Of a DNA stretch of 64,000 bases, positions 1-11,599 are shown piece by piece. A model generated the notes under the pieces. That model saw only the letters and a list, made by a program, of their open reading frames with translations, was not told where the DNA came from and did no database searches. Origin of the DNA: Schmidtea nova (lineage: Eukaryota); contig CM097882.1 in assembly GCA_044892505.1 (NCBI GenBank), positions 124,558,001 to 124,622,000 on the forward strand, written 5' to 3'. The first letter of the stretch is position 1. Each line of letters opens with the position of its first letter. A program made the translations under genes and the position numbers.

Positions 1-1080
1 ACAATAATTAACATCAAAATAGATAAAATAGTTGATATGACGATGAATAACATAAAAATAGGTAAAATTTGTGATATGACAATGAATAATATCAAAATAT
101 TTAAAATGCGTAATATGACTGTGAATAACATCAAAACAAGTTAAATATGTTAAAGAACAATGAATAACACCGGAATAGTTAAAAATGTGTTGTAACATCA
201 AATAGGAAAAATATTTCGACTGGCAGTGAACATCAAAGTGGACGTAATAAACTGTGTTGCAGTCAATAACATCAATAGTTTTGAGATAAGTAGTATTACA
301 GTTAATCATAACAATAAGGTTAAATTAAATGGTATTTCAGTGAATAACAAAAAAAACTTGTAAAAAAATGTTATATTTCAGCAAATCACATCAATAGCGT
401 GGAAATAAATCATATTTCAGTGAATAAGATTAACAGCGTTAAAATAAGTTACGTTACAGAGAATAGCATCAATAGTGTGAAAATAAGTTTTAGATCAATG
501 AATAAAGTCAATAGCGTTAAAATAAGTTGTATTTCAATGAATAAGAGCAATAGTGATAAAATAAGCTGCATTTCAGTAAATAACCTCAATAGCGGTAAAA
601 TAAATTGTAAATCGGTGAATACATACCAAAGCGGGAAAAGGTGTCGTGATTCAATGAATAACATCAAAACTGACGAAACAAAATTGTACTGCATCGAAAG
701 TAATGAGAACAAACATATATCAGTGATTAACATAAAAAGTTGGAAAAGGATTGTATATCAACCAATAAAATCGAAATTTAATGAGGAGCTTCAACAAATA
801 ACACCAAAGGCGAAAATGTATATTGCGTTTCAATGAATATCATCAAAATCGAAAAGATATGTGACATATCAGCGAATAACATTTAAGGCGAAAGTATATT
901 AAGGCGAAAAATATTTCAGTGAACAACATCAAAATTAAAAGTATGTATTGCAGTACAGTGAATAACACCAAAATCGGAAAGATAGGAAATATTGCAGTAA
1001 TTAACGTCAAAATTGAAAATATGCATTGACTAACAATTAATAATGCCCGAAAATGGAAAATACTCATTTTGTTACAATGA
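1..1080 (+). repeat. Degenerate 39-bp (13-codon) tandem repeat, partly an open frame (399-836)
   Basis: (TCA/ACA)(G/A)TGAATAACATCAAAA recurs about every 39 nt; ORF 399-836 reads as 13-aa units such as SMNKVNSVKISCI and SVNNLNSGKINCK. Confidence 0.8.
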
Positions 1081-2939
1081 ATAGCACCCGCAGAAAATTT
1101 AAGCGAAAAGACAATGATTAACGTCTAAAGCCATAATGAAACGAAAAACAAGGAATAAATCAAATTTAGTAGTTGCAAGAGCAAATATGGGAAAAAGAAA
1201 TACAGCGTCTTTACAGAAACTATGTCGAAATTAACAAATGGAATACAATTAGTACAAAGTATTGTGTTTTGATCTGGCTTTAGTGAGAAATATCATGAGC
1301 AGATAGTAAAATGTGAGGGAATAAAGGATAAGTATTAGAATCTGTCGGAAAATTCGCATAAAGGAACGTTTGAATAAAGGTGGGAAAGGAAGTATGATTG
1401 AATAAAACAAAAGAAATAACCGCTTTAAAGCCGAAAGTAAAAGAAATGTAAAAACAACTAATGTAAATGAATAAAAACATTTTTGCGAAAGATATGAAAG
1501 TTATAAGGAAGTTAGTAGTGAATCAAGAGGTAACTAAAAGACAATCCAAGTTGGTATCAGAAAGGAGGATGGGCAAAAGTCGAACCAATCAAAAGTAAAA
1601 GTAAAAGCACAAAAAGTAGTAAATAACCAGAGAAAATACACAAACTGAAAACTTATCGGACGAGAACTACGTTACTCAAAGAGAAAAAGTCAAGATCAAA
1701 GATAAATTGCAAACAACAATACGACGTTAACAAATACAAAACGAACATTATGTCGAGGACGACATTTGGAGGAAACCGCGGAGAGAACACCACAAAAAAT
1801 ATCAAAAGAAAATACTAACCGGAAATGAAAACTATCAAAAACGAATGACATGCCTACTAAAAAGATAAATTCGACGAGAAGGAAAGCAGTTCTTATAAAG
1901 TAAGACCAGGGAATCGGGGGAAACAAACAACAGTAAACATTATGAACAGAGACGAATAATAAAAATTAAACGAAATGAACGGAAGCAAAAGTAAAATCGT
2001 GTAAAAGGACAAATAAAACAAATGAGCTAAATTCAAAACAGAACCCAGAAATAACGGGGAAGAGACAAAATAAAGTAAAAAGAGGGGTAACAAAATTAAG
2101 ATAGACGATAGTAGATCACAAAGTAACCGAATAAAGACTGGCTGGTAGGGAAATCAAACTAAAAGATGGGTAAATTAAAAAGGAAAATATTTAGAACCAA
2201 ATCATTCGAATAGAACCAATTATTTTCAATTTAGTGTATGTTGAATAGCTTGTTAGGTAATAGTAAAACGAATTTATGAGCTACCACAAAGGTAGTACGA
2301 AATAATAATTTGGAAATTACCGATCATCCTCGATGAAGGATGAGAGACTGGGTACCATCGCAGATGCTGGAAAATTCTTGCGTGTGACCGATCACCACAC
2401 GATTCTGGAATGGACTAGCGCGATTGTCTCTTATCTGGAGTCAGGAAGTGAAGGAAATCCCATAACGAATATAAATTATAAAAAGTGCGCAATAAGAATA
2501 GATAATATAAAAATACACCGTGAATAGTTAAAAGCAAGAGAGAAAATCTGTAAGCTTACAAGGAATAAAATTAAAGTAATAAAACATCACGAGAATTTGA
2601 AAACATAGTAGAAACAGCGCTGTCAAAACCAAGAAAGCAAGGGAAAAGTAACAATTGAAACGAACCAGGTAAATATAGCGAATAAGGAAAGTGAAATAAA
2701 AGCTAGTTAGCAAGAATAACAATTAAGTATCGATAAAAGACTATAGCATAAAAACGAGAATACCCAAAAATCAGAATGAAACGACGTTGTAGAAGTAAGA
2801 ATGAATAGAGGTAGTAGGAATTAATCAACTGAGATTAGTAAATAGAGTTGCCGGTAATTAGCGGCCATGAATAGACCGGTTTAGAATAAGATAAATTGGA
2901 AATCAACTCAGAATAGGAGTGTGCCATGCGAGAAACATA

Positions 2940-3850
2940 AAATAAATTGAGGCCACGGGACATATAGAGCCATAGATATATTGAAAGGGATAAAATAAAT
3001 TGAGGCCATGGGACATATAGAGCCATGAATATATTAAAAGGGACATAAAATAAAATTGAGGCCAAGGGACATATAGAGCCAGGAATATATTAAAAGAGAC
3101 ATACAATAAAATTGAGGCCAAGGGACATATAGAGCCATGAATATATTAAAAGGGACATAAAAAAAAATTGAGGCCAAGGGACATATAGAGCCATGAATAT
3201 ATAAAAGGGACATAAAATAAAATTGAGGCCAAGGGACATATAGAGCCAGGAATATATTAAAAGGGACATACAATAAAATTGAGGCCAAGGGACATATAGA
3301 GCCGTGAATATATTAAAAGGGACATAAAATAAAATTGAGGCCAAGGGACATATAGAGCCATGAATATATAAAAGGGACATAAAATAAAATTGAGGCCAAG
3401 GGACATATAGAGCCATGAATATATTAAAAGGGACATAAAATAAAATTGAGGCCAAGGGACATATAGAGCCATGAATATATTAAAATGGACATAAAATAAA
3501 ATTGAGGCCAAGGGACATATAGAGCCATGAATATATTAAAAGGGACATACAATAAAATTGAGGCCAAGGGACATATAGAGCCATGAATATATTAAAAGGG
3601 ACATAAAATAAAATTGAGGCCAAGGGACATATAGAGCCATGAATATATTAAAAGGGACATACAATAAAATTGAGGCCAAGGGACATATAGAGCCATGAAT
3701 ATATTAAAAGGGACATAAAATAAAATTGAGGCCATGGGACATATAGAGCCATGAATATATTAAAAGGGAGATACAATAAAATTGAGGCCAAGGGACATAT
3801 TGAGCCATGAATATATTAAAAGGGGCATAAAATAATTTGAAAGAGGTCAA
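2940..3850. repeat. 55-56 bp tandem minisatellite, about 16 copies plus a degenerate one
   Basis: Unit TAAAATTGAGGCCAAGGGACATATAGAGCCATGAATATATTAAAAGGGACATA(A/C)AA; TTGAGGCC at 2947, 3000, 3056, 3112, 3168, 3223 and onward. Confidence 0.95.
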
Positions 3851-4942
3851 GGGTTTATTATAGAAATTATTAGATTAAAGAGAGTCATATTAAAAACTAT
3901 CCGGATAGTAGAAATAGTAATAGCGATTGAGAAAAATAAAGTCGTCGACGATTAGAGTTTCATAGAGTTAAAAGGTGCGCACCAGAGGATTAAAAGGATA
4001 CGAGAGACAAGCTGATGATGTAGTCTAAATATTGACTGAAAAAAAAGCAGCATACATAGTTAAAGTAAAATAACAAAGGATAGAACGGAGTAAAAAACGA
4101 ACAAGTAAAAGGGGTATAAACAAGTAAAATAAAAGTGTTATAAACAATTAAAACAATAGCTGTACGATCAAGTAAAAGTTGTAGGAACGAGTAGATAATA
4201 ATTGTGTGAAATAAAACCTAAGACAAATAAACTAAGAATCATCGACTAGAAAAAATAGTGAACACGACAAGAGTAAAACAACTAAATTCGAGAGAATTCG
4301 AGATATCATAAGAAAAGACATAAAGACCACAAGAAGCAAGGATATAGAATAATTCAAAAGAATTACATCGATTTAGAGAATTAAGTGTCAAGAAACATAA
4401 TTACCAAAATAATAAAAGCAACAAAACACTGAAAAGTTCAAAGTGATGGAGTTAATAAAATAATTGTCTAAGATGAATTACGACGAGGTAAAGTACAATT
4501 AATATTGCACTACAGATAGAATAGACTAAAATCAAGGGAGAAAGATAACCGAGCCATAAAATACCCATAAATATTCGAAAAAACTAAAGAGCAGAATTTA
4601 TTTAATAATAATTATTTGAAGGAACTGGGTGAGCGGTGACAGCCACCCAAATGGTTAAAAGTGTATTTTATTTTGTAGATTTCAATCAAACAACGAACCA
4701 AGCAACCAATTCAAGTCAACAACAACCAACAAGTCAAACGAACAGAAAGCTACAGATACAGAACAAGTAAAACATAATTCAAGAGGACAAACCCAAGTCA
4801 AAAAAAAAAGCCAACGGTAAATTGAGTAACCGTACCAAAATCGGAATCCAAATCAGGAAAGAAATTCGCCATCATTGAGAATCTTTACAGAAAAAAATTC
4901 AGACCCAGTTCTAAATTTAACCAATTATTAGACAAATCCGTA

Positions 4943-7897
4943 GTGGAAAAAATTAAAAGAGCACGATCAGTATCAATAAAAAGACCCTATCAAATAACAA
5001 ACGATAAATACACCCAGAATACAAACAGTGAATCAAGCATCAAAGGAAACAGAGAAATTACAATAAACACCCAATTCTATCAAAAGACAACAAGAACAAG
5101 CATCGAAGATAACTCTAGGAAAAGCCAAGCACAAATTGAACAACCAGAAAAGTATACGGAGAATAAAACAACAAATTGGGAAACAAGAAACAGGGAAACA
5201 AGAAATAGGAAAATGAATATCGAAAGAAACGGAAATGAGTCAAATACACCAGCAACGTCAATAGCACAAAAGAGAAAAGAATATCGAGAAAGATTTCAAG
5301 GCGAACCATTCAACGGAGACGCTAGTAGATTAGAAACGTTTTTAAAAGAATTTGGTGTATTCGTCGAGGTATATAGATGGGATCCAGAAACAATAATCGG
5401 TCGAATCCCACTATACCTTAGAGACAGTGCGTTAGACTTGTACCTAGAAGCCCAAGGAGGAACCAAACCATTTAAAAATTGGGACGAAATAAAAGAATTC
5501 TTCCGACAAACATTCGGAATAAACAAAGTATTAAGCCAGGCATTCGATGATTTTTCAGCAAGAAGGCAGAGGAAGAACGAGTCAAATGCGGTATACGCAA
5601 GCGAACTAAGGAAATTATCCAAACTAGCATTCAACAGAGAAAACCCTATAAACGAAGAATTGATGACAGCAATATTTGTGCGAGGGTTGAGAAGGCCAGA
5701 TATTCGAGCTCAAGTGGGATGTAAAGGATGCCTAACAATTGACGATGCGCTAGAAATTGCAAATAGATATGAGTTACACATAGGAGTAAACGACATCAGA
5801 ATCGTAACAGTAACACCAAACGAATCGGAAGACGAAGGGAATCAAGTTAAGCCAAAGAAATCAAACCAAGGAACTGGGAACAGACAAACGAGGAAAGAAA
5901 ATAACGACGATAGAGGCAGCATCGAGAATAACCCCAGAAACAATAACACCCTGAACAACACCAAACAATGCCAAACATGTTGGAAATCCGGACATTCGAG
6001 TAGTGAGTGTTATAAAAATCAATTTTGCGAGAAGTGCAAGATGTGGGGACATTCTGAGAAAATATGTGGAATACGGGGATGCTATAGTTGTGGCAAATTA
6101 GGACATATAGCACGAAAATGTGGGACAAAAAATAATCTACAAGGAAACCAGCAGACCAATGGAAACGGAGTAAACAGCTATAATCAAAACAATAGTCTGA
6201 GTAACAACCCGAATGACAGAGAAATAAGACTAATGCAAGAAATCTTAAGGCTAAATGAGGTGATCAAAAAGAGGACAAGAATAACGCAACAACCAAAAAT
6301 CAACAAACTTACATTCATCGAACCAACACTAACAGAAGAAACACCACAAGAGAAACAACGTCGAGAATGGCTAGAGTTGCAATTAGATGAAGCAAGAATA
6401 GGAGAAGAACGTGGTAGCAAACTAAATGCGGATGAAGCTCGTATATTACAAGGAAGATTCCAAGAACGAAAGGAGCAATTTGAAGAAGTACTCAAACAGA
6501 TAACAGTCACAAGTGAAAAGGACGAATCCGCGAAATTCAAAGAAAATGGAAATGAACTAGCAAGAAAAATAGGGAGAATCAACATGATGACCAGTTGCCA
6601 ATCAGAACTACAAAAGCCAACAATCAAAGAAGCCCGTCAAGAAGAATTCACATGGAGTAAATTAGGAGGATTGCAGGCCTGTGACAACGAGGAACATTGC
6701 AGGAAGATAAAGAAAGAACTACTAAAAGCAGATATGTTGAAAATGGCGAATAGACGTAATAGTGCACAAAAGATAGAAGAATTATGGAAACAACAAGAAA
6801 AGAATAAACCAAGAATCAATATGCTAAGAAAAATAGAAACTAGGAATCAAACAGAACAGGACAGAAAAACCATAATTGAAAGCGAAATAATCGAAGAAAT
6901 GGGAAAGATAACAATAGATCAACTTGTCACGGGAAATAAACACAGCAAGCAGTCAGCAATAAACGATATGACAGAAGTCGAAAAGAGAAAAGAACAAACC
7001 AGAAACGCAGAAGGAAACAAAAATGAAAAGAAGGAAAAGAAAGGCCAACAAGAACTAAAAGAAGAGTATCTATACAAAAAGGACAAATGGTGTAAATGCT
7101 GCCAAAGACAAGGACACTTAGAAAGCAGCTGTTTCAAGAACAAAATATGTACCAAATGTGGAAGAAAAGGACATGGAAAGAAAGTTTGTGGTATTCAAGG
7201 ATGTTACAACTGTGGGAAAAAAGGACACATTTCAAGAAATTGCCGGAATCGCAAGAAACAACAGGAAAACCAAAATCAGCTGGACAAAATCAATAACAAA
7301 ATTATGTCAAAGACAACCAAAGAAACGAAGCAATACGAATTCATAAATAATAATAACAAACATGTAGAAGGATATTACGAAAATCAAATTGTTCAAAACG
7401 ATCACAAGAAGAAACGAAACAAAGTGACTCACGAGTATGTACAAATATGTTACCAATGCAGACAAAGAGGACATTTAGCATTCCAGTGTACCATAGCAAG
7501 GAATCAGGCGAAAATTAATCAAAACAACAAGGAATACGCAAATCAAGGAAAACAAAAGCAGTTGAGGAACATAAACAAATGGGAAAATAATAGAGTCCAC
7601 ATGTTGGAAAAGCAAGTAAACAATCTCAGTAGAATACAAAAAGTCTTGATGGAAGAAAATAAAAGTCAAGAGACACAATTTACTAATATGATGCGATTAG
7701 CTCTCATTTATCAACAAGAAATTATTATACAAAAAGAAATAATAACCAGATCTCAAAACCAACTAATGTCAGTAATTACTCGATTTAAAGAGAAGGAAAA
7801 TCGAAACTATCAAGAGTCGGCATCAGAATACGTCGAAATTGCAGAAATTGTAAAAGCTCTCACCGCTAACAATGAGGTGGTGAAGAGGGAAGTGTAG
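4943..7897 (+). CDS. gag: Retrotransposon gag-like polyprotein with 7 CCHC zinc knuckles and coiled-coil regions (likely ATG at 5213)
   Basis: Capsid-like segment (PFNGDASRLETFLKEF...QRKNESNAVYASELRKL...FVRGL) and seven CxxC-x4-H-x4-C motifs. Confidence 0.85.
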   Translation: MEKIKRARSVSIKRPYQITNDKYTQNTNSESSIKGNREITINTQFYQKTTRTSIEDNSRKSQAQIEQPEKYTENKTTNWETRNRETRNRKMNIERNGNESNTPATSIAQKRKEYRERFQGEPFNGDASRLETFLKEFGVFVEVYRWDPETIIGRIPLYLRDSALDLYLEAQGGTKPFKNWDEIKEFFRQTFGINKVLSQAFDDFSARRQRKNESNAVYASELRKLSKLAFNRENPINEELMTAIFVRGLRRPDIRAQVGCKGCLTIDDALEIANRYELHIGVNDIRIVTVTPNESEDEGNQVKPKKSNQGTGNRQTRKENNDDRGSIENNPRNNNTLNNTKQCQTCWKSGHSSSECYKNQFCEKCKMWGHSEKICGIRGCYSCGKLGHIARKCGTKNNLQGNQQTNGNGVNSYNQNNSLSNNPNDREIRLMQEILRLNEVIKKRTRITQQPKINKLTFIEPTLTEETPQEKQRREWLELQLDEARIGEERGSKLNADEARILQGRFQERKEQFEEVLKQITVTSEKDESAKFKENGNELARKIGRINMMTSCQSELQKPTIKEARQEEFTWSKLGGLQACDNEEHCRKIKKELLKADMLKMANRRNSAQKIEELWKQQEKNKPRINMLRKIETRNQTEQDRKTIIESEIIEEMGKITIDQLVTGNKHSKQSAINDMTEVEKRKEQTRNAEGNKNEKKEKKGQQELKEEYLYKKDKWCKCCQRQGHLESSCFKNKICTKCGRKGHGKKVCGIQGCYNCGKKGHISRNCRNRKKQQENQNQLDKINNKIMSKTTKETKQYEFINNNNKHVEGYYENQIVQNDHKKKRNKVTHEYVQICYQCRQRGHLAFQCTIARNQAKINQNNKEYANQGKQKQLRNINKWENNRVHMLEKQVNNLSRIQKVLMEENKSQETQFTNMMRLALIYQQEIIIQKEIITRSQNQLMSVITRFKEKENRNYQESASEYVEIAEIVKALTANNEVVKREV

Positions 7898-8099
7898 AAA
7901 GAAATAAAGTGGATAAATTGTAAATAGCAAATTCAATGTATACGTATCAATATGGTATTACTATTTGTAGAAATCAAAGAAATTTAAATGCCAGTAATGA
8001 AACAGAAATATGTAAACCCAATGTATATGTATTTCAAAAATCAATAAGCAAAAAATCAAGAAATCATCAAGCTAGTTCACTGTAAACCCAGACCACAAA

Positions 8100-8133
<34 letters not shown>

Positions 8134-11100
8134 AAGGTCACAAAGAAAATCAGAAAGGAAAATGTGTAAATCAGGCCAGAAAAGAGATCTAGAAAAGAAA
8201 ACCTAAAATTAGACTATATTAAACTAATCAATACAACGGAATACGAAGGTAGATTAAACCTCATCAGACGCGATAAGAGTAAAGCAAAAAACCAATATGA
8301 CAGACAAAACGAAAGTATTTAAAATGGTGGATCAATTGAGCTAATTGAAAATGAAGCCAAACGAAATTTGATACGAAAAGAAATGAAAGGAATTAAGAAA
8401 CGCTAGTCAGTACGAAGTAAAAAGAACAGTCGTGGTATCGAGGTTGGGATATGACTATATATAGATAATGAAAATCAAATGCATAACCATATTATTACCT
8501 CCAGGGGTATGTATATTATAGAACTTTAAAGAAATAAAGAAAGACAGAAAGAGTACATCAAGAGACCAGAAAGTTACCGAAACCTACAAGAACCTGATGA
8601 ACATGACAGAAACAAAATTGAGAAAACAAAACAAAAAGAAGAAAGAATCGACAAGAAGCTTCAGCCAGGAAATGGGGTCATAATATACAAAAATGCATCA
8701 AAGAACAAAAAAAAACGAAAGCAATAATTAACCACCTTGAGAAAATAAAACAAGAATGTGAATTTTAACAGAGTAATGCAGGGAGAAAGACTGGGTTCAG
8801 GAACATCTGTATAAAATAATGGAAAATTGCTTATGTGAATAAAACCGTAATGGTAAAGGAACGGACAAAGTATCAAGGTATATGTATCAAAGAGAATCAA
8901 GGAGAATCGACTCGTTATCCCAACAATCCTTAATATAGAATTAATAGTAAAAACACCGAATTCAACCCAATCAAAATAAGAAACCAATGAGCAATCACAA
9001 ATCAAACGAAGACTTACCGAAGCAATGACAAAGACCCAAGAGAGATCAATCCCAAACGAAGGCGATAAAACCCAACCCCTACAAATTCAAGAAACCTAAA
9101 GATTATCGAAGGAGAACAAAGAGACTATTAAAAGATCTATCAAATCCAAAGAAGCCAAATGAAAGGATGGAGCATCGTCATCATCATAATCATCTCCTCA
9201 GCATTTTATTAATCTACACCCAAATCACCAGGATTTCATTCCAAGCAAAAACATTAAAGAGAATACAATCAACAACCCAACAATTCGTCCGACTAAGAAA
9301 AAAGAAAACCCCGAAATCGTTCAAGTCAATCTACAATTCGCTACACCCGAGAAAGGAGAAACCCAAAATCAATACCATCCTAACTCAGGAATCAAATCAA
9401 ATATGAAATTGGAAACCATCAACGAAATAAACCCATTAGATGAAAACAAACCCACAATGAGTCAAAGGATCCAACAAATGAACTAACAGTTACATTAAAC
9501 AATAACAATTATTGTGATTATATGTATAAAAAGAATACCTTGAGTGATTCTTGTATGCTTATAATTTTGATATTTATTGGTGTAATCTAATTTATTTTCC
9601 TTCAATGTAAAGAGTAATGACAGAATGATGAAATAGATTTTATGTTGTATAATTATTCACATTGCGGGACGCAATTTAAACGGGCCCCGGAGTGTTGTTG
9701 GGCTGGTGAAATCAAAAATAAAATTTTATTAAAATTTATTAAAAAATAAATACATACAAAGAGAAACAAAGAGAAACGAACGACAAGACGTTAAGCAGTA
9801 AAATAACGCAAGGGAAAATAAAAATAGTTAAGTACAATAGTAGTCATACGAACTGCATCTTATAAGTCTGTCGAGATAGGGTTGAAGCGATAAAAAGAGG
9901 CATCTCAAAGGAGAGCACACAATTTGAGTGCAGGTCGGATTTACACACGAAGGACCGCATGAGAATTGAATGGGGAAGATCAGTGCTTGTAAAGTGATTA
10001 TGAAAAGCATGATCAAAGAATAAAATCAGTATCAGAATAAAGAAAATAATTTATTAAAAATTATAGAATAATCCCTATTGAAATATCGCAAAAATTAAGA
10101 GAGATAGGAATGAAAATAGATTTAAAATTAAATTGTTTTAATCAATAAATGCACAATAAAACAATGGATACACACCTAATTTAATAGAATTAAAAACAAA
10201 TATTTTCGAAATAAATAAATCAAATTATAAAGTTAAATTTATGAAAGATAAATAAATGCTCACTTATTAAAACTAATAAGTAAGTTTAAATTGTTAATAA
10301 ATTATGTAAATAACAAATTATTTAAGCGTCAGAAAAATTAGTATAAATAGACGCTGAAAAATCACAATCTAAACTTACTTGGCATTAATTTACTGAGAGC
10401 AAAATTTTGGTTTTGATTTCGCCAGTCGTGTGGATCAATTTCGAACGGGTATTTTTTGTTATTTGAGTTTTTTTGTGTGAGATGTGTTGGATAATTTGTT
10501 ATAGTAGTCATAGTAAAGTTTTGAGGCTAATTTTTCCGAAAATAAATATTCGATGATGAGTATTCTTGTAGTCATTATATAAAATTTTTATATAGATATG
10601 CTTCCTATGCTGCTAACGCGGCGAGGGAGACATAGTCGTCATCGTGGAGCCTCGTTGTTTCACACGGCGGTTGTACCTTTTTATAATTTATGTATCGGGG
10701 ATTTTTTCGGATATTTTTTCGGTTATACATAATGAATCGTTACACATAGAGAATAGTTTTGGTAATTGCGATAGATTTTGAGGGTTTCATATAGTGATAG
10801 GATTTTTGAGTGTTGAACGATAGGTTTTGAGGTTTGCGCATTTTTCAGCGATAATTTTGGAGTTTTACAGGAATTTTACATCTTATGTAGTGATTTACTT
10901 ACAGAATTAAAATGTTAGCAAGACGAACTTGATCAATAGATTTTTTACGCATAGCGATGCAACGACATAGCGGTGATTTTGAGTAAAGGAGATTTTCGAG
11001 AGTTTTTATAAATAAATATAATTTTAAGGTGCAGCGCATTATTTTTGGTTTTATATCGCGTAAGGAGTTGGTAGCTAAATCAAATCTCTATTTAAAAGAC

Positions 11101-11144
11101 GTTTGTTAACATTTTAAGGAAGTTGAGTGTATACATTGATAGAA

Positions 11145-11420
11145 TAACGCGTAAGACCTTCTAGCGGCAGCGGGAACCCGTGAAAATAAATGGGGAGTAG
11201 TTCCAGCGATGGAGCTCACCTGCCCATCATTTTTCAACCACCACGCGCAGTTCCAACCTAACTAGATAGGGAATAGTTAGGGGCGTGCGAGTGAGACGAT
11301 TTGTTTTTTATGTATGGTTATGGGTGAGGCATCCCTAGTATACTTAGTTATGATTATTTGTTTAATTATTATTTATTTATTTATTATTAATTATTTAAAA
11401 CCCACCCATAAACCCAGCAA
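11145..11420 (+). repeat. Dispersed GC-richer repeat; an inverted copy lies at 62166-62398
   Basis: Shared core GTAGTTCCAGC..GGAGCTCACCTGCCCATCATTTTTCAA and terminus AACCCAGCA. Confidence 0.8.
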
Positions 11421-11599
11421 TATATATATATATATATATATATAGTTTAGAATCATTTTACTGAAAATAAGTTTTTTAAGTAAATTAAAATTATCAAAAA
11501 TCCTATGAAATAGTTTTTGTGATTTTTTGTGTGCAAATGGTTTTATATAGTTGAATACGTGATGAGCTCGATAAGTAGTGAAACTCGATAGAAATAAAT

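Larger units (their letters stand above)
1..9480 (+). mobile_element. Large Gypsy/Metaviridae-like retroelement region (boundaries uncertain, no intact pol)
   Basis: Strong plus-strand A bias throughout, a gag ORF and internal tandem arrays; LTRs and PBS not confidently located. Confidence 0.5.

Noticed and set aside
2940-3850. CRISPR-like array; overlapping hydrophobic minus-strand ORFs (MASILFYVPF...)
   Set aside because: The units are contiguous with no unique spacers, the context is eukaryotic with no cas genes, and the ORFs are by-products of the repeat.
5115-7678. Hydrophobic antisense ORFs opposite gag, and similar ones opposite pPolB and the Gypsy elements
   Set aside because: These are shadows of A-rich sense strands with no recognisable motifs.
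7900-9480. pol or env remnants downstream of the large gag
   Set aside because: Only weak fragments (LQPGNGV..., MKGWSIVIIIII) among many stops; not enough for a call.
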